Source: an uncultured Gemmatimonadaceae bacterium (GTDB lineage: Bacteria > Gemmatimonadota > Gemmatimonadetes > Gemmatimonadales > Gemmatimonadaceae). From it: 64,000 nucleotides of DNA. Position 1 is the first letter of the stretch. The number at the start of each line of letters is the position of its first letter. The DNA is taken from NCBI GenBank assembly GCA_963781585.1, contig CAWAGQ010000007.1:128001-192000 (forward strand), given 5' to 3'. Positions 1 through 11,719 of this stretch are shown one piece after another. A program made the translations under genes and the position numbers. The notes below the pieces were generated by a model, which saw only the letters and a list, made by a program, of their open reading frames with translations, did no database searches and was not told the DNA's origin.

Positions 1-230
1 AGGCGGCGTGACACGAAGGCGACAGCGGTGTCGAGCCCCGGCGACGGCGTGGCGCGTCCCATCAGCGCGTCGGAGGCCAGCCACGTGACGTCGGCGCGCA
101 ATTGCGCCGAGTCGATGGCGTCGGCGGCCGCGCGCACGGCATCGGGGAGGGTTGTTGGGTTGGGAGGCGCGCATGCAACGACGGCGAGCGCGAACAGCGT
201 GGCACGACCCAGGAACGGTGTGGCGGCCAT
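1..230 (-). CDS. M28-family peptidase-like lipoprotein, N-terminal part (runs off window start)
   Basis: Manual translation from ATG at 230: MAATPFLGRATLFALAVVAC...LRADVTWLASDALMGRATPSPGLD; lipobox-like signal and an M28-type N-terminal motif. Confidence 0.6.
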   Translation of the reverse strand, partial: MAATPFLGRATLFALAVVACAPPNPTTLPDAVRAAADAIDSAQLRADVTWLASDALMGRATPSPGLDTAVAFVSRR

Positions 231-611
231 CAGGGCTCTGCCCGGCCCGAGGGTGTCGGGAAGAGCTGCTCCTGGATGGCGGTCAGAACCCGCTCCCGCC
301 GTCTGCTGCCAATTCGTGTCATGCCGCGCCGCGCAGTGGGGCCGGGAGGTGACCGTCCGGCGGATTCAACGAGCCATACATCGTTAGGCAGTTGTCGCTC
401 GGCGACTGCCCTCGAAGAGCCGGGCTGTGACCGCGCCGAAGATGAAACCGCTCACGTCAAACGTACGGCGCCCGTTTCCTCCCGCTAGAGCACCTGGCCC
501 GGTCGTTACCCTGGGCAGGCGACAGGCAGCCGCGCCACAGCCGAGATCGCCCCATCACTCGGTGGGGCGAGTCGCTCCGGCGTTCCCGCAGCGGAACCTG
601 GGTGACGTCCC

Positions 612-3428
612 TCAACGAACCACGAAGCTGTACTTGCCCGACCCCACGCCGAACACCGCAGCCTCGCCTTCCATACGCAGGAAGTTTACGCCGCGCGCCC
701 TTCTCGCCGGCACGCCGCTCTCCGACACACGCTCGGCGCTCTGCGCCGGCACGTACACGTCAGCCGTCGTGTTCGCCGGAATCGTGACGTCGAGCGTGAG
801 CGTTCCCCCCTCGGTGCGCCAGCTCGACTCGATCTTTCCGCGGATGGAATTGTACGCGCCCCTGGCCCATGTGAGTCCACCGCCGGGAACGGGACGCAGC
901 GCGAAGTGCTCATAGCCAGGATGCGCGTCGTCGTTGTTGATGCCGAGTATGACGCGGTAGATCCACTCCGCCACCGCGCCGATCGCGTAGTGGTTGAATG
1001 AATTCATCCCCTTGTCCTGAAAACCCCGGCCCTTCACGTAACCGTCCCACCGCTCCCAGATCGTCGTCGCGCCGTTCTCGATCGAGTATCCCCAGCTCGG
1101 AAACGTCGTGTTGTTGATCAGTTTGTACGCGACATCCGAGCGTCCTGCGCGCGACAGCTCGAGCATCATCCGGTAGGTCGAGTGGAAGCCGGTTGACATG
1201 TGGCCTTTGTAGGTATCGATGCCGGCGAGCATGTATCGAACGGCAGCGGCGCGCTTGTTGTCGGGCAACAGATCGAAGTGCAGTGCGAGCGCGTACCCGG
1301 CTTGCGTGTTGCCTTCGATCTGGCCGTCGTCGGTCACGTATGCCTTGTTGAACGCCGCCTTGATGTCAGTGAACAGCGCACCGTAGCGCAGCGCGTCGTC
1401 GGGCTTGCCAAGCTCCGCCGCCATGCGCGAGACGAGGTCCGTGGCATACGCGAACATCATCGTCGCGAACACGGGCTTCGGTACCTCGCCGCCTTTGCGC
1501 GGGATGGTCGAGTCGTTCATGGTGTCCGAGTTCAACCAGTCGCCGTAGTCGTTGCCGCGCTCGTTCTTCCAGAGCAGATCAGGATTGTGGCTGCGGATGA
1601 ACTCGATCCAACGCCTGGCGGGTTCGTAGTTCTCCGCGAGCTGTCGCTTGTCGCCGTACTGTTGCCAGAGCCGCCACGGCACCACGACCCCGGCGTCGCC
1701 CCAGCCGGGCACGCCCATGAAGTCACCGCGATTCATCCCGGCGAGTGTCTTCTGAAACGGCTGCGGCGCGAAATCGGGGAAACGCCCGTCGGGCGTTTGG
1801 GCGTCACGCACGTCGCGCATCCATTTGCCGAAGAACGCGCCCATGTCCGAGTTGAAGATGCTGCTGCCCACGAACACCTGGATGTCGCCCATCCAGCCGA
1901 GTCGCTCGTCGCGCTGGGGACAATCGGTGGGGATGCCGATCATGTTGTCGCGCTGCGTCCAGGCGACATTCTGCCAAAGCCTGGTGATGAGCGACGACGA
2001 CGATGCGAAGCTTCCGGCCTGGGCGAGCGCCGAGTTGACCTGACGTCCCGTGAGATCGGTGAGGCTAGGGCGCGATGAGAGACCGGTGACCTGTGCGTAC
2101 CGGAAGCCGTGATATGTGAAGTGCGGCTCGAACGTCTCGCGCGCGCTCCCCGCTCCGCCGCGCAGCGTGTAGGTGTCGGTTTGCCTGGCGCCGCGGAGGT
2201 TGTCGGTGTACAGGGTGCCGTCGTCGTTCAGCATTTCCGCGTGGGTCACCGAGATCACCGTGCCCGGTGCGCCCTGCGCGCGGATGCGCGTCCACCCGAC
2301 CATGTTCTGGCCGAGGTCGAAGACGTAGACGCCGGGTTTGGGTTCGGTGATGTGGACGGGCGTGATGTCCTGGGTGACGCGAATCGGTTCGTTGGGCTGC
2401 GCGACGAGCTTCGTGCGCACGTCCCGCGCGACATCGGCGGGTGACCAGGCTCGGTCGTCGAAAGTGACATTGTCCCATCCCGGCATGTTCTTGCGCGCGT
2501 CGTACCGCTCGCCGTTCAGGATGTCGGACGAGCGAATGGGGCCCTCGCGCGTGACGCGCCACGAGCTGTCGGTCACGATCCGCTCGGCATTGCCGGTGCT
2601 GCGCTCGATCTCGAGCTGGGCGAGCAACCGCGGATGGTCGCCGTAGATGTTCCGCGGTTTGCGAATGAGCGCCTGCGCGAGACCGATGCCGCCGGCGTAC
2701 CAGCCGTCGCCGAGCACGGCGGCGATGACGTTGTCTCCCACGTGGAGCATCGACGTGACGTCGTAGGTCTGGTACTGCGTGCGCGTGTGGTAGTCGGTGA
2801 ACTCCGGCGCCAGCACGGCATCCCCCACGCGCTGTCCGTTGATGCGGAGCTCGTAGACGCCGAGCGCGCTGGCGTGCACGATCGCGCGGACGGGGCGCGA
2901 TGCGAGCGTGAAACGTTTGCGCAGGTAGGTGGCCGCGACGTTGTCAGTCGACGGTGACGCATCGCCGATCCACTGGGCGGACCAGTCGGACGGCGAAAGC
3001 AGGCCCATCGACCACCGCGACGGAGCGCTCCATGCGGATGCGGCGCCGGCCTGATCCCATACGCGCACCTTCCAGAATGCCTGCGCGCGGGATGCAAGCG
3101 GCGCGCCGCGGTACTCGATCTGATTGGTCTCGTTGCCGGGGATCTTGCCGGAGTCCCACAGGTCGCCCTTGCTGGCGGCGAGATTCGCCGGCGATGACGC
3201 GACGAGGATCTGGTATGCCGACTGGGTGATGCCGCGCGCCGTGGGTGCCTCGATGATCCAGGAGAGGCGAGGGGCGGGCGTCTCGAGCGCGAGGGGATCG
3301 ACGAGGTACTCGGCGCGGAGGGAAGTCGCGCGGACGGCGCTCGACTGCTGCGCGGCTCGGGGGGAGGCGATGCCGAGCGCGATCGCGACGAACGCGGGGC
3401 GGAGAGAGAAGTTGGTCGGTCTCACCAT
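612..3428 (-). CDS. Alpha-L-rhamnosidase (GH78)
   Basis: Motifs DLGQNMVG, PTDCPQRDERLGWMGD, GATTIWERWDG, SFNHYA; start placed at MVRPTNFS (signal peptide). Confidence 0.93.
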   Translation of the reverse strand: MVRPTNFSLRPAFVAIALGIASPRAAQQSSAVRATSLRAEYLVDPLALETPAPRLSWIIEAPTARGITQSAYQILVASSPANLAASKGDLWDSGKIPGNETNQIEYRGAPLASRAQAFWKVRVWDQAGAASAWSAPSRWSMGLLSPSDWSAQWIGDASPSTDNVAATYLRKRFTLASRPVRAIVHASALGVYELRINGQRVGDAVLAPEFTDYHTRTQYQTYDVTSMLHVGDNVIAAVLGDGWYAGGIGLAQALIRKPRNIYGDHPRLLAQLEIERSTGNAERIVTDSSWRVTREGPIRSSDILNGERYDARKNMPGWDNVTFDDRAWSPADVARDVRTKLVAQPNEPIRVTQDITPVHITEPKPGVYVFDLGQNMVGWTRIRAQGAPGTVISVTHAEMLNDDGTLYTDNLRGARQTDTYTLRGGAGSARETFEPHFTYHGFRYAQVTGLSSRPSLTDLTGRQVNSALAQAGSFASSSSLITRLWQNVAWTQRDNMIGIPTDCPQRDERLGWMGDIQVFVGSSIFNSDMGAFFGKWMRDVRDAQTPDGRFPDFAPQPFQKTLAGMNRGDFMGVPGWGDAGVVVPWRLWQQYGDKRQLAENYEPARRWIEFIRSHNPDLLWKNERGNDYGDWLNSDTMNDSTIPRKGGEVPKPVFATMMFAYATDLVSRMAAELGKPDDALRYGALFTDIKAAFNKAYVTDDGQIEGNTQAGYALALHFDLLPDNKRAAAVRYMLAGIDTYKGHMSTGFHSTYRMMLELSRAGRSDVAYKLINNTTFPSWGYSIENGATTIWERWDGYVKGRGFQDKGMNSFNHYAIGAVAEWIYRVILGINNDDAHPGYEHFALRPVPGGGLTWARGAYNSIRGKIESSWRTEGGTLTLDVTIPANTTADVYVPAQSAERVSESGVPARRARGVNFLRMEGEAAVFGVGSGKYSFVVR

Positions 3429-3625
3429 CAAAAGATCCTCCTGCCGTCGCGCGCCGCGCTCCCCACCGTCAGACCGGGTGGATACGACAAGCCGGAATTC
3501 GGGAAGCCCACACCCGATGCGGTGAATCTCCACGACACGGAACCGGAGACGAGCTGGTAGTCGGAACTCCATCCGGCGACGCCCGAGAGATCGTCGCACG
3601 TCGCTTCGAGCGGCGCCCCTCGTCG

Positions 3626-5047
3626 TCAGGTCGGCCAGTGCGACAACGCCTTCAGGACGTTGATTCTGCCAGCGCCGTACTGTGGGTCCGCACCGGCCGG
3701 TCCGAGGTCATCGACGCCGTTCAACAGCAGCTGCTTGATCTGCGCCGGACGTCTCTTGCCGTACCTGGCGATCAATTGCGCGACGAGTCCTGTGACGTGC
3801 GGCGCAGCCAGCGACGTGCCATCGCCACCGAGAATGAGCGTCCCGCTGATGCATGGAGCCGTCAGAGTGTTGCCGACGACGGCCAGGTAGTGCCTCGCGC
3901 AGAGCGCGGAGACGTAGCCGAAGTCGCTCCCGCCCGGCGCCGCGACGGTGATCGCCTGTCGCCCGTAATCGCTGTAGGGGGCGAACGCATCCACGTTGCC
4001 CCACGGACCCTGGAATGGCGCGCCGGACGTCGGTCCCGTCGCGGACACACAGATGACATGCGGGGCCTCGCAGACCACCGCGAGCGTGCGACCATCGTTG
4101 TCGAGGTTCATGGCGTCATTGCCGGCGGCGACGACGACCACCATCCCCGCGGCGTGGGCGTAGTTGAACACGTGATTCATGAGACCGACGAACCTGCCCA
4201 AGCCGGCCTTGTCGATTCCGCCGGGCACGCCGAGGCTCATGTTGGCCACGTCGGCGCCATGATCGGCGGCCCAGATCAGGCCAGCGAGAATGCCGCCGAG
4301 CGACCCGCTTCCGGTTGCGCCGAGCACCTTTACGCCGATCAGATGCGTCCGCGAGCTGACGCCGGCGAATACGACGGCGTTCGATGCAACCTGCGAGGCC
4401 ACCAGCGTCCCGTGGCCACCCAGATCGTCTATCTCGTTACGCCCCGGGAACAGCGCGTTGACAAGCGCATCATCGCTCGGAACGAACGAAGTCGACCGCG
4501 ACAGGTCCACCAGGCCGTTGAGATCGAGGTTGTCGTAATCGAGTCCGCTGTCGAGGATGGCAGCCGTTACCGACGCCGATCCGAGGTTGCCCGCCGCCCA
4601 CGCTGCCGGCGCGTAAATGGCGCGCATGTTCCACTGCAGGCCGAAGACGGCTGCGCCAGCCGGATTCGTCGGACTCAGTGCCGAGACAACCTCGGGCATG
4701 CTCCCGAGCAGAGTGGGCTTCTCCATCTGGACGACGACATCATCGTAGACGCGCGCGACACCGGGGGCTCGCGCGAGCGTCGCGGCCGCGTCGGCTGTGA
4801 GTCCACTGACGGCGGCAAAGCCCCCGTGTTCGACCACGAAGTCGACCGCACCACCTAACGAGGCCACCGTCGCCGCGAAGCCCGTGCGGACGGGGCCGTT
4901 GAATTCGACGATCGATCGACCCACAGCCGCCGACTGAACGGCCGCGTTTGCGCGTACCACCCGAGCAAGCGACGGTGCGACCGGATCCCCGGCACACGCG
5001 AAGAGGGCGATGGCAAGCGCGGCCACGGAAAGCACAGAGATCTTCAC
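3626..5047 (-). CDS. S8 subtilisin-like serine peptidase (secreted/lipoprotein)
   Basis: Catalytic motifs ILDSG, GHGT, AAGN, GTSLAAPHVTG; probable GTG start at 5047. Confidence 0.9.
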   Translation of the reverse strand: MKISVLSVAALAIALFACAGDPVAPSLARVVRANAAVQSAAVGRSIVEFNGPVRTGFAATVASLGGAVDFVVEHGGFAAVSGLTADAAATLARAPGVARVYDDVVVQMEKPTLLGSMPEVVSALSPTNPAGAAVFGLQWNMRAIYAPAAWAAGNLGSASVTAAILDSGLDYDNLDLNGLVDLSRSTSFVPSDDALVNALFPGRNEIDDLGGHGTLVASQVASNAVVFAGVSSRTHLIGVKVLGATGSGSLGGILAGLIWAADHGADVANMSLGVPGGIDKAGLGRFVGLMNHVFNYAHAAGMVVVVAAGNDAMNLDNDGRTLAVVCEAPHVICVSATGPTSGAPFQGPWGNVDAFAPYSDYGRQAITVAAPGGSDFGYVSALCARHYLAVVGNTLTAPCISGTLILGGDGTSLAAPHVTGLVAQLIARYGKRRPAQIKQLLLNGVDDLGPAGADPQYGAGRINVLKALSHWPT

Positions 5048-5134
5048 GGGGACGTCTCCGATAGTGGACGCGGCCCACAATGGCCCGATGACACCGGGCT
5101 TGTCAACGACGGTTGGTCCCGCCCGCGCAATGCA

Positions 5135-5310
5135 AACGAGATGGGCACAGAGACCAGCAGGAGCAGCGCCATGAGCGCCGCTTGCGGCTTGTGCACCGGT
5201 TTCAGCGGCTGGTAGAGCAGCAGAGCCAATGGAACCCCAAGCACCGCGGCGAGCACGTCGCTCACCACGCCGATTCGGAAGCGAAGATCAGGCCCCGTGA
5301 TCAGTTCGTC
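5135..5310 (-). pseudogene. Internal fragment of a DUF4386-like membrane protein
   Basis: FRIGVVSDVLAAVLGVPLALLLYQPLKPVHKPQAALMALLLLVSVPISF with no proper start or end. Confidence 0.45.
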
Positions 5311-5471
5311 ATCGCGATCTGATGTCCGGCTCGGCCCGCGCCGGCTGGCTGTCGCCTGAAACCGCGAGGCACGTGGTGAGCGTGCTCGATGACGCCTGTC
5401 CCGAGTTGGCTGCCTGGCGGCACCTTCCCCGCTGGCCGCCACCGTCCTGGAGGCGTACCTTCGGGATTGCC

Positions 5472-8215
5472 ATGAGTGATCGCCCCGGCTGTCTCGAGCC
5501 CTCGCCGGCCGCTACGACATCGAACGGCAGATCGGCGTCGGCGGGATGGCCACCGTGTATGTCGCCACCGACGTTCGCCACGGCCGGCGGGTGGCGCTCA
5601 AGGTGCTCCGGCCGGAGCTCGCGGCGGTCATCGGCGGTGACCGGTTCCTCGCCGAGATCCGGACCACCGCGGCACTGCAGCATCCGCACATTCTCCCGTT
5701 GCACGATTCCGGCGAAGCCGACGGCACGGTGTTCTACGTGATGCCGTACGTCGAGGGTGAATCGCTGCGCGACCGGATCAGCCACGAGAAGCAGTTGCCG
5801 GTCGAGGAGGCGGTGCGGATCGCGGGCCAGGTGGCCAGTGCCCTCGATTACGCGCATCGCCGCGGTGTCGTGCACCGCGACATCAAGCCGGAGAACGTGC
5901 TGCTGCAGGACGGGCAGGCGCTGGTGGCCGACTTCGGGATCGCGCTCGCCGTGAGTCGCTCCGATGGCGGAACGCGAATGACCGAGACCGGGATGTCGCT
6001 GGGGACGCCGCACTACATGGCGCCCGAGCAGGCGATGGGCGAGCGCGAAATCACGCCCAAGGCCGACGTCTACGCGCTCGGATGTGTGCTGTACGAGATG
6101 CTGACCGGTGAGCCGCCGTTCACCGGCGCGACGGCGCAGGCCGTTGTGGCGCGAGCAATGACCGAAGCGCCACGCAGCCTGACGACGCAGCGCCACACGA
6201 TTCCGCGGAATGTCGAGGCGGCGGTACATACGGCGCTGGAAAAGCTGCCGGCCGACCGGTTCGCGACCGCCGGCGAGTTCGCCGCCGCGCTCACGAATCC
6301 GTCCTACGGCGCCGTCGCGCCCGACGGCACGCCGGGCAAGAGCGCAGCACGCGGCGAAGGCGGATGGCGAAGCGCGGAGCTGCGCGCACGCCTGGCGCTG
6401 CCGCTTGCCGCGGTGGCGTTGGTGTCGCTTACCGCGCTGGCCTGGAGGTCGTTGCGGACAACGCCGCCCGAGCCGCCGCTGCGGATCGCCATGGCGTTCA
6501 ATCCGGCGCAGGCTCCGATCGCCGACCTGCCGTTCGTCATTTCGCCCGACGGCAAGGGGCTCCTGTACAGCGGCCCGGCGTCCGGGTCCTCCTGGCAGTA
6601 CTGGTACAAGGGTCCCGATCGATGGGACGCGGTGCCGCTGGCCGGTACCACCTCGGCTACGTTTTTCACGTTCTCGCCGGATGGGCAATCCGTTGCCTTC
6701 GTCTCGGCGACCGGGCAGGTGCGGACTGTTCCTGTTGGTGGCGGCGCGCCGACGACCGTGGCGGATTCGGCGACGGGTGGCATCGCGTGGCTGGACGACA
6801 ACACGATCGTCTTCGCATCCAACGGCGGGCGGGCACTCCGGCGAGTTGGCGCCGCCGGTGGCGCGGTCACCGAGCTGCTCGTCGGCGACTACGGGAACTA
6901 TGCCATCTCGCCGGTGGCGATTCCGGGCAGCCGCGGCATCGTGTTTGGGCATTGCCAGCCGGGATGTTCGGCGCTCGAGATCATGGCGCTCACGTTCGGT
7001 TCAAGGCAGCCGAAGCCGCTCGGCCTCCCCAACCCAGCCGGAGGGGCGATCAACTTCGCGCGATATGTGACGCCGGGATACCTGATGTATGGGCGGCCAG
7101 GTGGTGTTGTCGCCGCCGCGCCGTTCAGCGCCCGGACGCTCACCGTGACCGGGCCTGTGGTTCAGGTGCTCGACGCCATTGCCGGCGGGCAGGTCGGCCT
7201 GGAGTGGGACGTGTCCCTCAACGGGACGCTCGTCACGCGATCCGGGGTGGTGGCGTCGGCGCTCACTCAGTTCGAGGCCGTGTGGGTCGATCGCAGCGGG
7301 CGCCAGACGGCAATCGACTCCGCGTGGAAGTTCAGCACGATCAGCTTTGGTGCGAACGCGGGGTGGGCGCTCTCGCCGGACGGAACGCGGCTGGCGATCG
7401 GCCAGAACACCGATGCGGGCGACGACATCTGGGTGAAGCAGTTGCCGAGGGGCCCGCTCTCCCGGCTCTCGTTCGACAGTGCAGCCGACGTCCGCCCGAG
7501 ATGGTCCCGCGACGGCAAGACGATCTACTTCCTGTCGGGGCGCGGTGACGGTCGTCCCGCACTCTACTCGCGGCGCGCCGACGGTACGGGAAACGATTCG
7601 CTCGTCCTCAAGCTGCCCGCTCCCGGCATGATCTTCGAGGGGGCCGTGGCCCCTGATGGCAAAACGCTCGTCCTGCGTTCCGGCGGCACGGTCAACGTGG
7701 TCGGCGGTCGCGACATTTCCGTCATCCATCTCGGCGCCGATTCCGCGCCCAAGCCACTCATCGCGACGCAGTTCGACGAAGAAGCCATCGCTCTGTCGCC
7801 CGACGGAAAGCTGATCGCGTACGAGACGAACGAAACCGGTCGCACCGAGGTGTACCTGCGGCCGTTTCCCGACGTGGACGCGGGCAAGTGGCAGGTGAGC
7901 ACAAATGGTGGCGTGGCGCCGCTCTGGGCGCGCAGCGGCCGCGAGCTCTTCTTCGTCGACGGTACCCGCTCGATGGTCGTGGTGCCGGTCACGCCCGGGT
8001 CGGTGCCGCAGCTCGGAGATCGGAAGGTCCTGTTCCCGATGGGGCCGGAGCTCTACCTGGCCGACAAGGAGTTCTACACACCGTTCGACATCTCGCCCGA
8101 CGGTCAACGGTTCCTCATGGCCCGACAGGTCAACCGGGAGGAGCGACCCGTCGAGCCGATCGTCATGACGCAGCACTGGACGACGGAGCTGCTGCGCAAG
8201 GTGGGCAAGCGGTAG
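5472..8215 (+). CDS. Ser/Thr protein kinase + TM + TolB/PD40 beta-propeller; frameshift near the 5' end
   Basis: VALKVL, HRDIKPEN, DFG, GTPHYMAPE; ATG 5472 (MSD) is out of frame with RLSRALAGRYDIERQIGVGG-MATVY (ORF from 5546). Confidence 0.85.
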
Positions 8216-8249
8216 GCGTGCCGGAAGCGGCGCCTCTGGTGTGAGCTTG

Positions 8250-8706
8250 CTGGCGGGCGCGGCGCCGCCAGCGATCGCATCGTGGCATCGGAATGTCGAA
8301 CGTCGGGAACCCGGACCAGAGTGCTGGCGGCCAGAGGAACGCGCACCGCCTCGCCCTGGCCTCCGTCGATCCCATGATTACCGAAGGAACCACCCGCGAT
8401 GCACTTCGATGTGACTCCCGCGCGACAATAGGGGCAGGTGCCATCGGAGAAGGTGAACGGAGCCACGACAAGGTCTCCCGGGCCGAGGCCGCGCACCTCG
8501 GCGCCCATGTCCTCGACAACGCCGATGAACTCGTGCCCGATGGGACCCAAGGCGTGGGGGGATTCGCCGCGGTAGTACCAGAGGTCGGAGCCACAGACGC
8601 AGCCGAGCGACACGCGCACGACGGCATCCGTCGGCGCGGTGATGACCGGGTCCGGCCGCTCGACGACCTCGAGTGAGTACGGGCCGTTGTAGACGGTGGC
8701 GCGCAT
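8250..8706 (-). pseudogene. Zn-dependent alcohol dehydrogenase, N-terminal fragment
   Basis: MRATVYNGP...CVCGSDLWYY...GHE...CPYC; truncated at about 150 aa, with no Rossmann domain. Confidence 0.8.
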
Positions 8707-8970
8707 TGAAGCTGTTCCTCTGTGCTGACGATTGTCGTACAGAACCTGCTGCCCTGAAGCTGGGTGCCTCGGGGCCGCCAACGGATGGCGAACGTCGCGG
8801 CCTCAGCCGCGGCGGTCTTGCGGATCACAACCGCGCCGCCCAGTGCCTCCTCGGCCAGGGCTCGATCGGCCTCGAGAACGAGTTCGGCGGCGGAGACGCC
8901 ACGGCCGTCGGCCACAAGCGTATCGCGCCGTGCGGCACATGAGCCGGCGCGTCGATCATTCTGGCGCGCC

Positions 8971-9000
8971 AGGTAACGCCCTGGGTTTCAGCTGCGAGTG
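8971..9000 (-). other. Degenerate attC half-site (L'/R' side)
   Basis: + strand aggtaac gccctggg tttcagctgcg resembles the left arms of the intact attC sites. Confidence 0.35.
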
Positions 9001-9332
9001 CGTGACGTGCGCGCTCCGGACTTTCTCGATTGCCGCCGCGCTTTCGTCTGCCGCACAACCTTGCTCGACCGCGCCTTGCTGACCAGCGGGTACGACTCCG
9101 GATGCTCGATCGACTCGACCGCGAGGTCAACGTCGAGGTCCGGCCAATACAAATGATGCGGACCGGGACGCTCCAGCCGCGTCAGCTGCCGGATCGTGGC
9201 GTCGGCGAACCACGGAAACTGGGCGAACGCCAGAAAGTGTTCGCGATTATCGACCAGGAGCCACAGCCCGTTGGTCGACACGTTCGTGACTTCAACTCCC
9301 GAAGTGGGCGTCCCAGGCCTTACGGATCTCAT
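8988..9332 (-). CDS. DUF2442 protein (putative TA partner)
   Basis: EVTNVSTNGLWLLVD...FPWFADAT...HLYWPDLDVDLAVESIEHPE; overlaps the DUF4160 gene; start uncertain. Confidence 0.75.
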   Translation of the reverse strand: MRSVRPGTPTSGVEVTNVSTNGLWLLVDNREHFLAFAQFPWFADATIRQLTRLERPGPHHLYWPDLDVDLAVESIEHPESYPLVSKARSSKVVRQTKARRQSRKSGARTSRTRS

Positions 9333-9531
9333 CGTGGTGCTCCATCGCAATGTGCATCGCTCTCGCCAGTCGCTGTGCCGTCAAGCCGTAATTGTTCGCG
9401 ATGCTGATTTCCGGGTCCAGCCAGAACTTTGCCTCGCCCGTTGCGTGTTGCACGTGCACATGCGGGCGCGTCTCCTCGCGTGAGAAAAAGTAGAACCGGT
9501 ACCGGCGCGTTCGGAGAACAGTCGGACTCAT
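9292..9531 (-). CDS. DUF4160 protein (putative TA toxin)
   Basis: MSPTVLR...YRFYFFSREE.RPHVHV...EAKFWL. Confidence 0.85.
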   Translation of the reverse strand: MSPTVLRTRRYRFYFFSREETRPHVHVQHATGEAKFWLDPEISIANNYGLTAQRLARAMHIAMEHHDEIRKAWDAHFGS

Positions 9532-9650
9532 CGGTCGAAAGATAGCGGCGCCGCAGCGTAGGGGTGATACTGTGCGCTGAGCCGGAGCACCCGGCCTCCA
9601 AATCGGCGTGCTCCGTGGACACGGCGCGAGTGGCTCACCCCGGAGTCAGC

Positions 9651-9857
9651 ATGAAGTCCACAGCGGTCCATGTCGTGATCTTCGACGGATTCGCCGATTG
9701 GGAGCCGGCACACGCCCTCGCCGAACTACGGCGTTGGGGAAAGCGCGAGGTCGTCTCCGTGGGATTCGATGCGCGTCTGGTCACGTCGATGGGCAGGCTA
9801 GGCGTGGTTCCGGACGTCGCTCTTGAGAAGGCGGGCGCGCAACGTCCCTCAATGTGA
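9651..9857 (+). pseudogene. DJ-1/PfpI family N-terminal fragment
   Basis: VHVVIFDGFADWEPAHALAEL...VTSMGRLGVVPD, truncated at about 68 aa. Confidence 0.7.
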
Positions 9858-10073
9858 CCGGCGGTGGACCCGGAATTCATCGGTCGCGTTTCCTGGCGAG
9901 CCAAACCCACGGCCTGAGGGCTCCGGACCCCGCGGGGCTTGCGTCTCGTCCCAGCGATCTGGATCGCCGTCACTCCCGGCGTAAGTTGGCGCAGAGCCGG
10001 CCAGGCGAGACGGCGTTCGTAGCCCGTCAATCCTCGGTCCGGTATCCGCAATCGAAATGGGGGAGGCGAAGCG

Positions 10074-11475
10074 ATGGGCACGTTGATCCAGGACTTCCGT
10101 TTCGGCGCCCGGATGTTGCAGAAGAACCGGGGCTTCGCCACGGTGGCTGTGCTGACCCTGGCCCTGGGCATCGGCGCGAACACGGCGGTATTCAGTGTCG
10201 TCAACGCGGTGCTCCTGCGGCCCCTGCCGTTCTACTCGCCTGAACGGCTCCTCGCGCTCGGGCAGACGGACTCGAACGATCGCCGAGATCTCTCGCAATT
10301 CTCCTTCCGGAACTTCGCGGACCTGCGCGAGCGGACCCAGGCCTTCGGGCGCCTCGCCGCCTGGTACAACAACAGCATGACCTTGACCGGTCAGGGCGAG
10401 GCCGTGAGGCTGCGCGGCGTCGTCGCCACGGCAGACCTGTTCCCGCTGCTCGGCGCGTCGCCGGCGCTGGGCCGCACCTTCTTCCCCGACGAGGACAATG
10501 CGGGTGGCGGCGCGCAGGGCTACCCGGCCATCCTCGGTTGGGAATGCTGGCAGCAACACTTCGGAGGCGACCCGCGGGTCGTCGGGCGTTCCATCACCCT
10601 GGACGGGAACGCGTACACGGTGGTCGGCGTGATGCCGTCGACGTTCTCCTTCCCGGTGCAGGCGCAGCCCGCCGAAGTCTGGATCTCGCCCGCGCGCGAC
10701 GCGGAGAGGACGGGCGAGGGCGCGATCATGATCGCGCGCGGCTACCGCGCGTGGCGGGTTGTCGGCCGCCTCAAGGACGGCGCGACTGTCGAGCAGGCAC
10801 ATCACGCCCGGCTTCTCGACGACGGGCGCGCCCAACACGCGCGAGATCGTCGGGGTGGTGGGCGACGTGAAGCATCAGGGCCTGAGGGGCGGCGCGGTGC
10901 CTGAGTTCTATTTCGCGCAGGCGCAGATGCCGGTGAACTCGATGACGCTGGTCGTCCGCACCGCGGGCGACCCGCACGCACTCGTCGCCCCGGTGCGGAG
11001 CGTGGTTCAGGAGATGGACGCGAACGCCCCGGTCTTCGGCGTCCTGACGGCGGAGGAGTACATGTCGCGCTCGGTCGCGCCCACGCGCTTCGACATGACG
11101 CTGCTCGCGGCCTTTGCCGCCGTGGCGCTCGTCATGACGGCGGTCGGCCTCTACGGCGTCATCTCCTTCTTCGTGAGCCAGTCCACGCGGGAGATCGGTA
11201 TCCGTGTCGCGCTCGGGGCGCAACGCCGGGACGCGCTCCGCTTCGTCATGGGGCAGGGGATGATCCTGACGCTGGTGGGAGTCGCGTTCGGGCTTGTCGC
11301 CGCATTCGGCTTGACGAGCGTCATGGCCGGCTTGCTGTTCGGCGTGGGCGCGACGGATCCGGCGACGTTTGCCGGTGTCGCGCTGCTGCTCATCATGGTA
11401 GCCGCGCTGGCGTGCTACGTGCCGGCTCGACGGGCGACGAAGGTGGACCCGATGGTGGCGCTCAGGTACGAGTAA
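10074..11475 (+). pseudogene. Duplicated-permease ABC (MacB/FtsX) protein with large internal deletion and frameshift
   Basis: N-terminus QDFRFGARML...LALGIGANTAVFS and C-terminus REIGIRVALGA...VDPMVALRYE are joined out of frame near 10800; total about 460 aa versus 865 aa for the intact paralogue at 20702. Confidence 0.85.
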
Positions 11476-11719
11476 TGTCTCGCCGCATCGGATGACCTGG
11501 ATCCCGCGACGACGCCAGCCGCGAAAACCTGGATCAACGGGACCTCCGCTGGTATCGGGCCGCGAAGTCAATGGCTGCGACCTGGCTGACGTCCGGTCTT
11601 GGCGCGCCCGCGCGCACGGCAAGGCCGAGGGGGGCGTGGGCCAGCGAGATGCCGGACGTCCGGCGGTCGTCATGGCCCATGCCGACCGCCGGAGGAATCC
11701 GCCGGCAAATGTCACGTGC

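Noticed and set aside
5309..6952. 547-aa minus-strand ORF, and similar ones opposite the other kinases, the TonB receptor and the IS genes
   Set aside because: Antisense shadows of well-supported genes.
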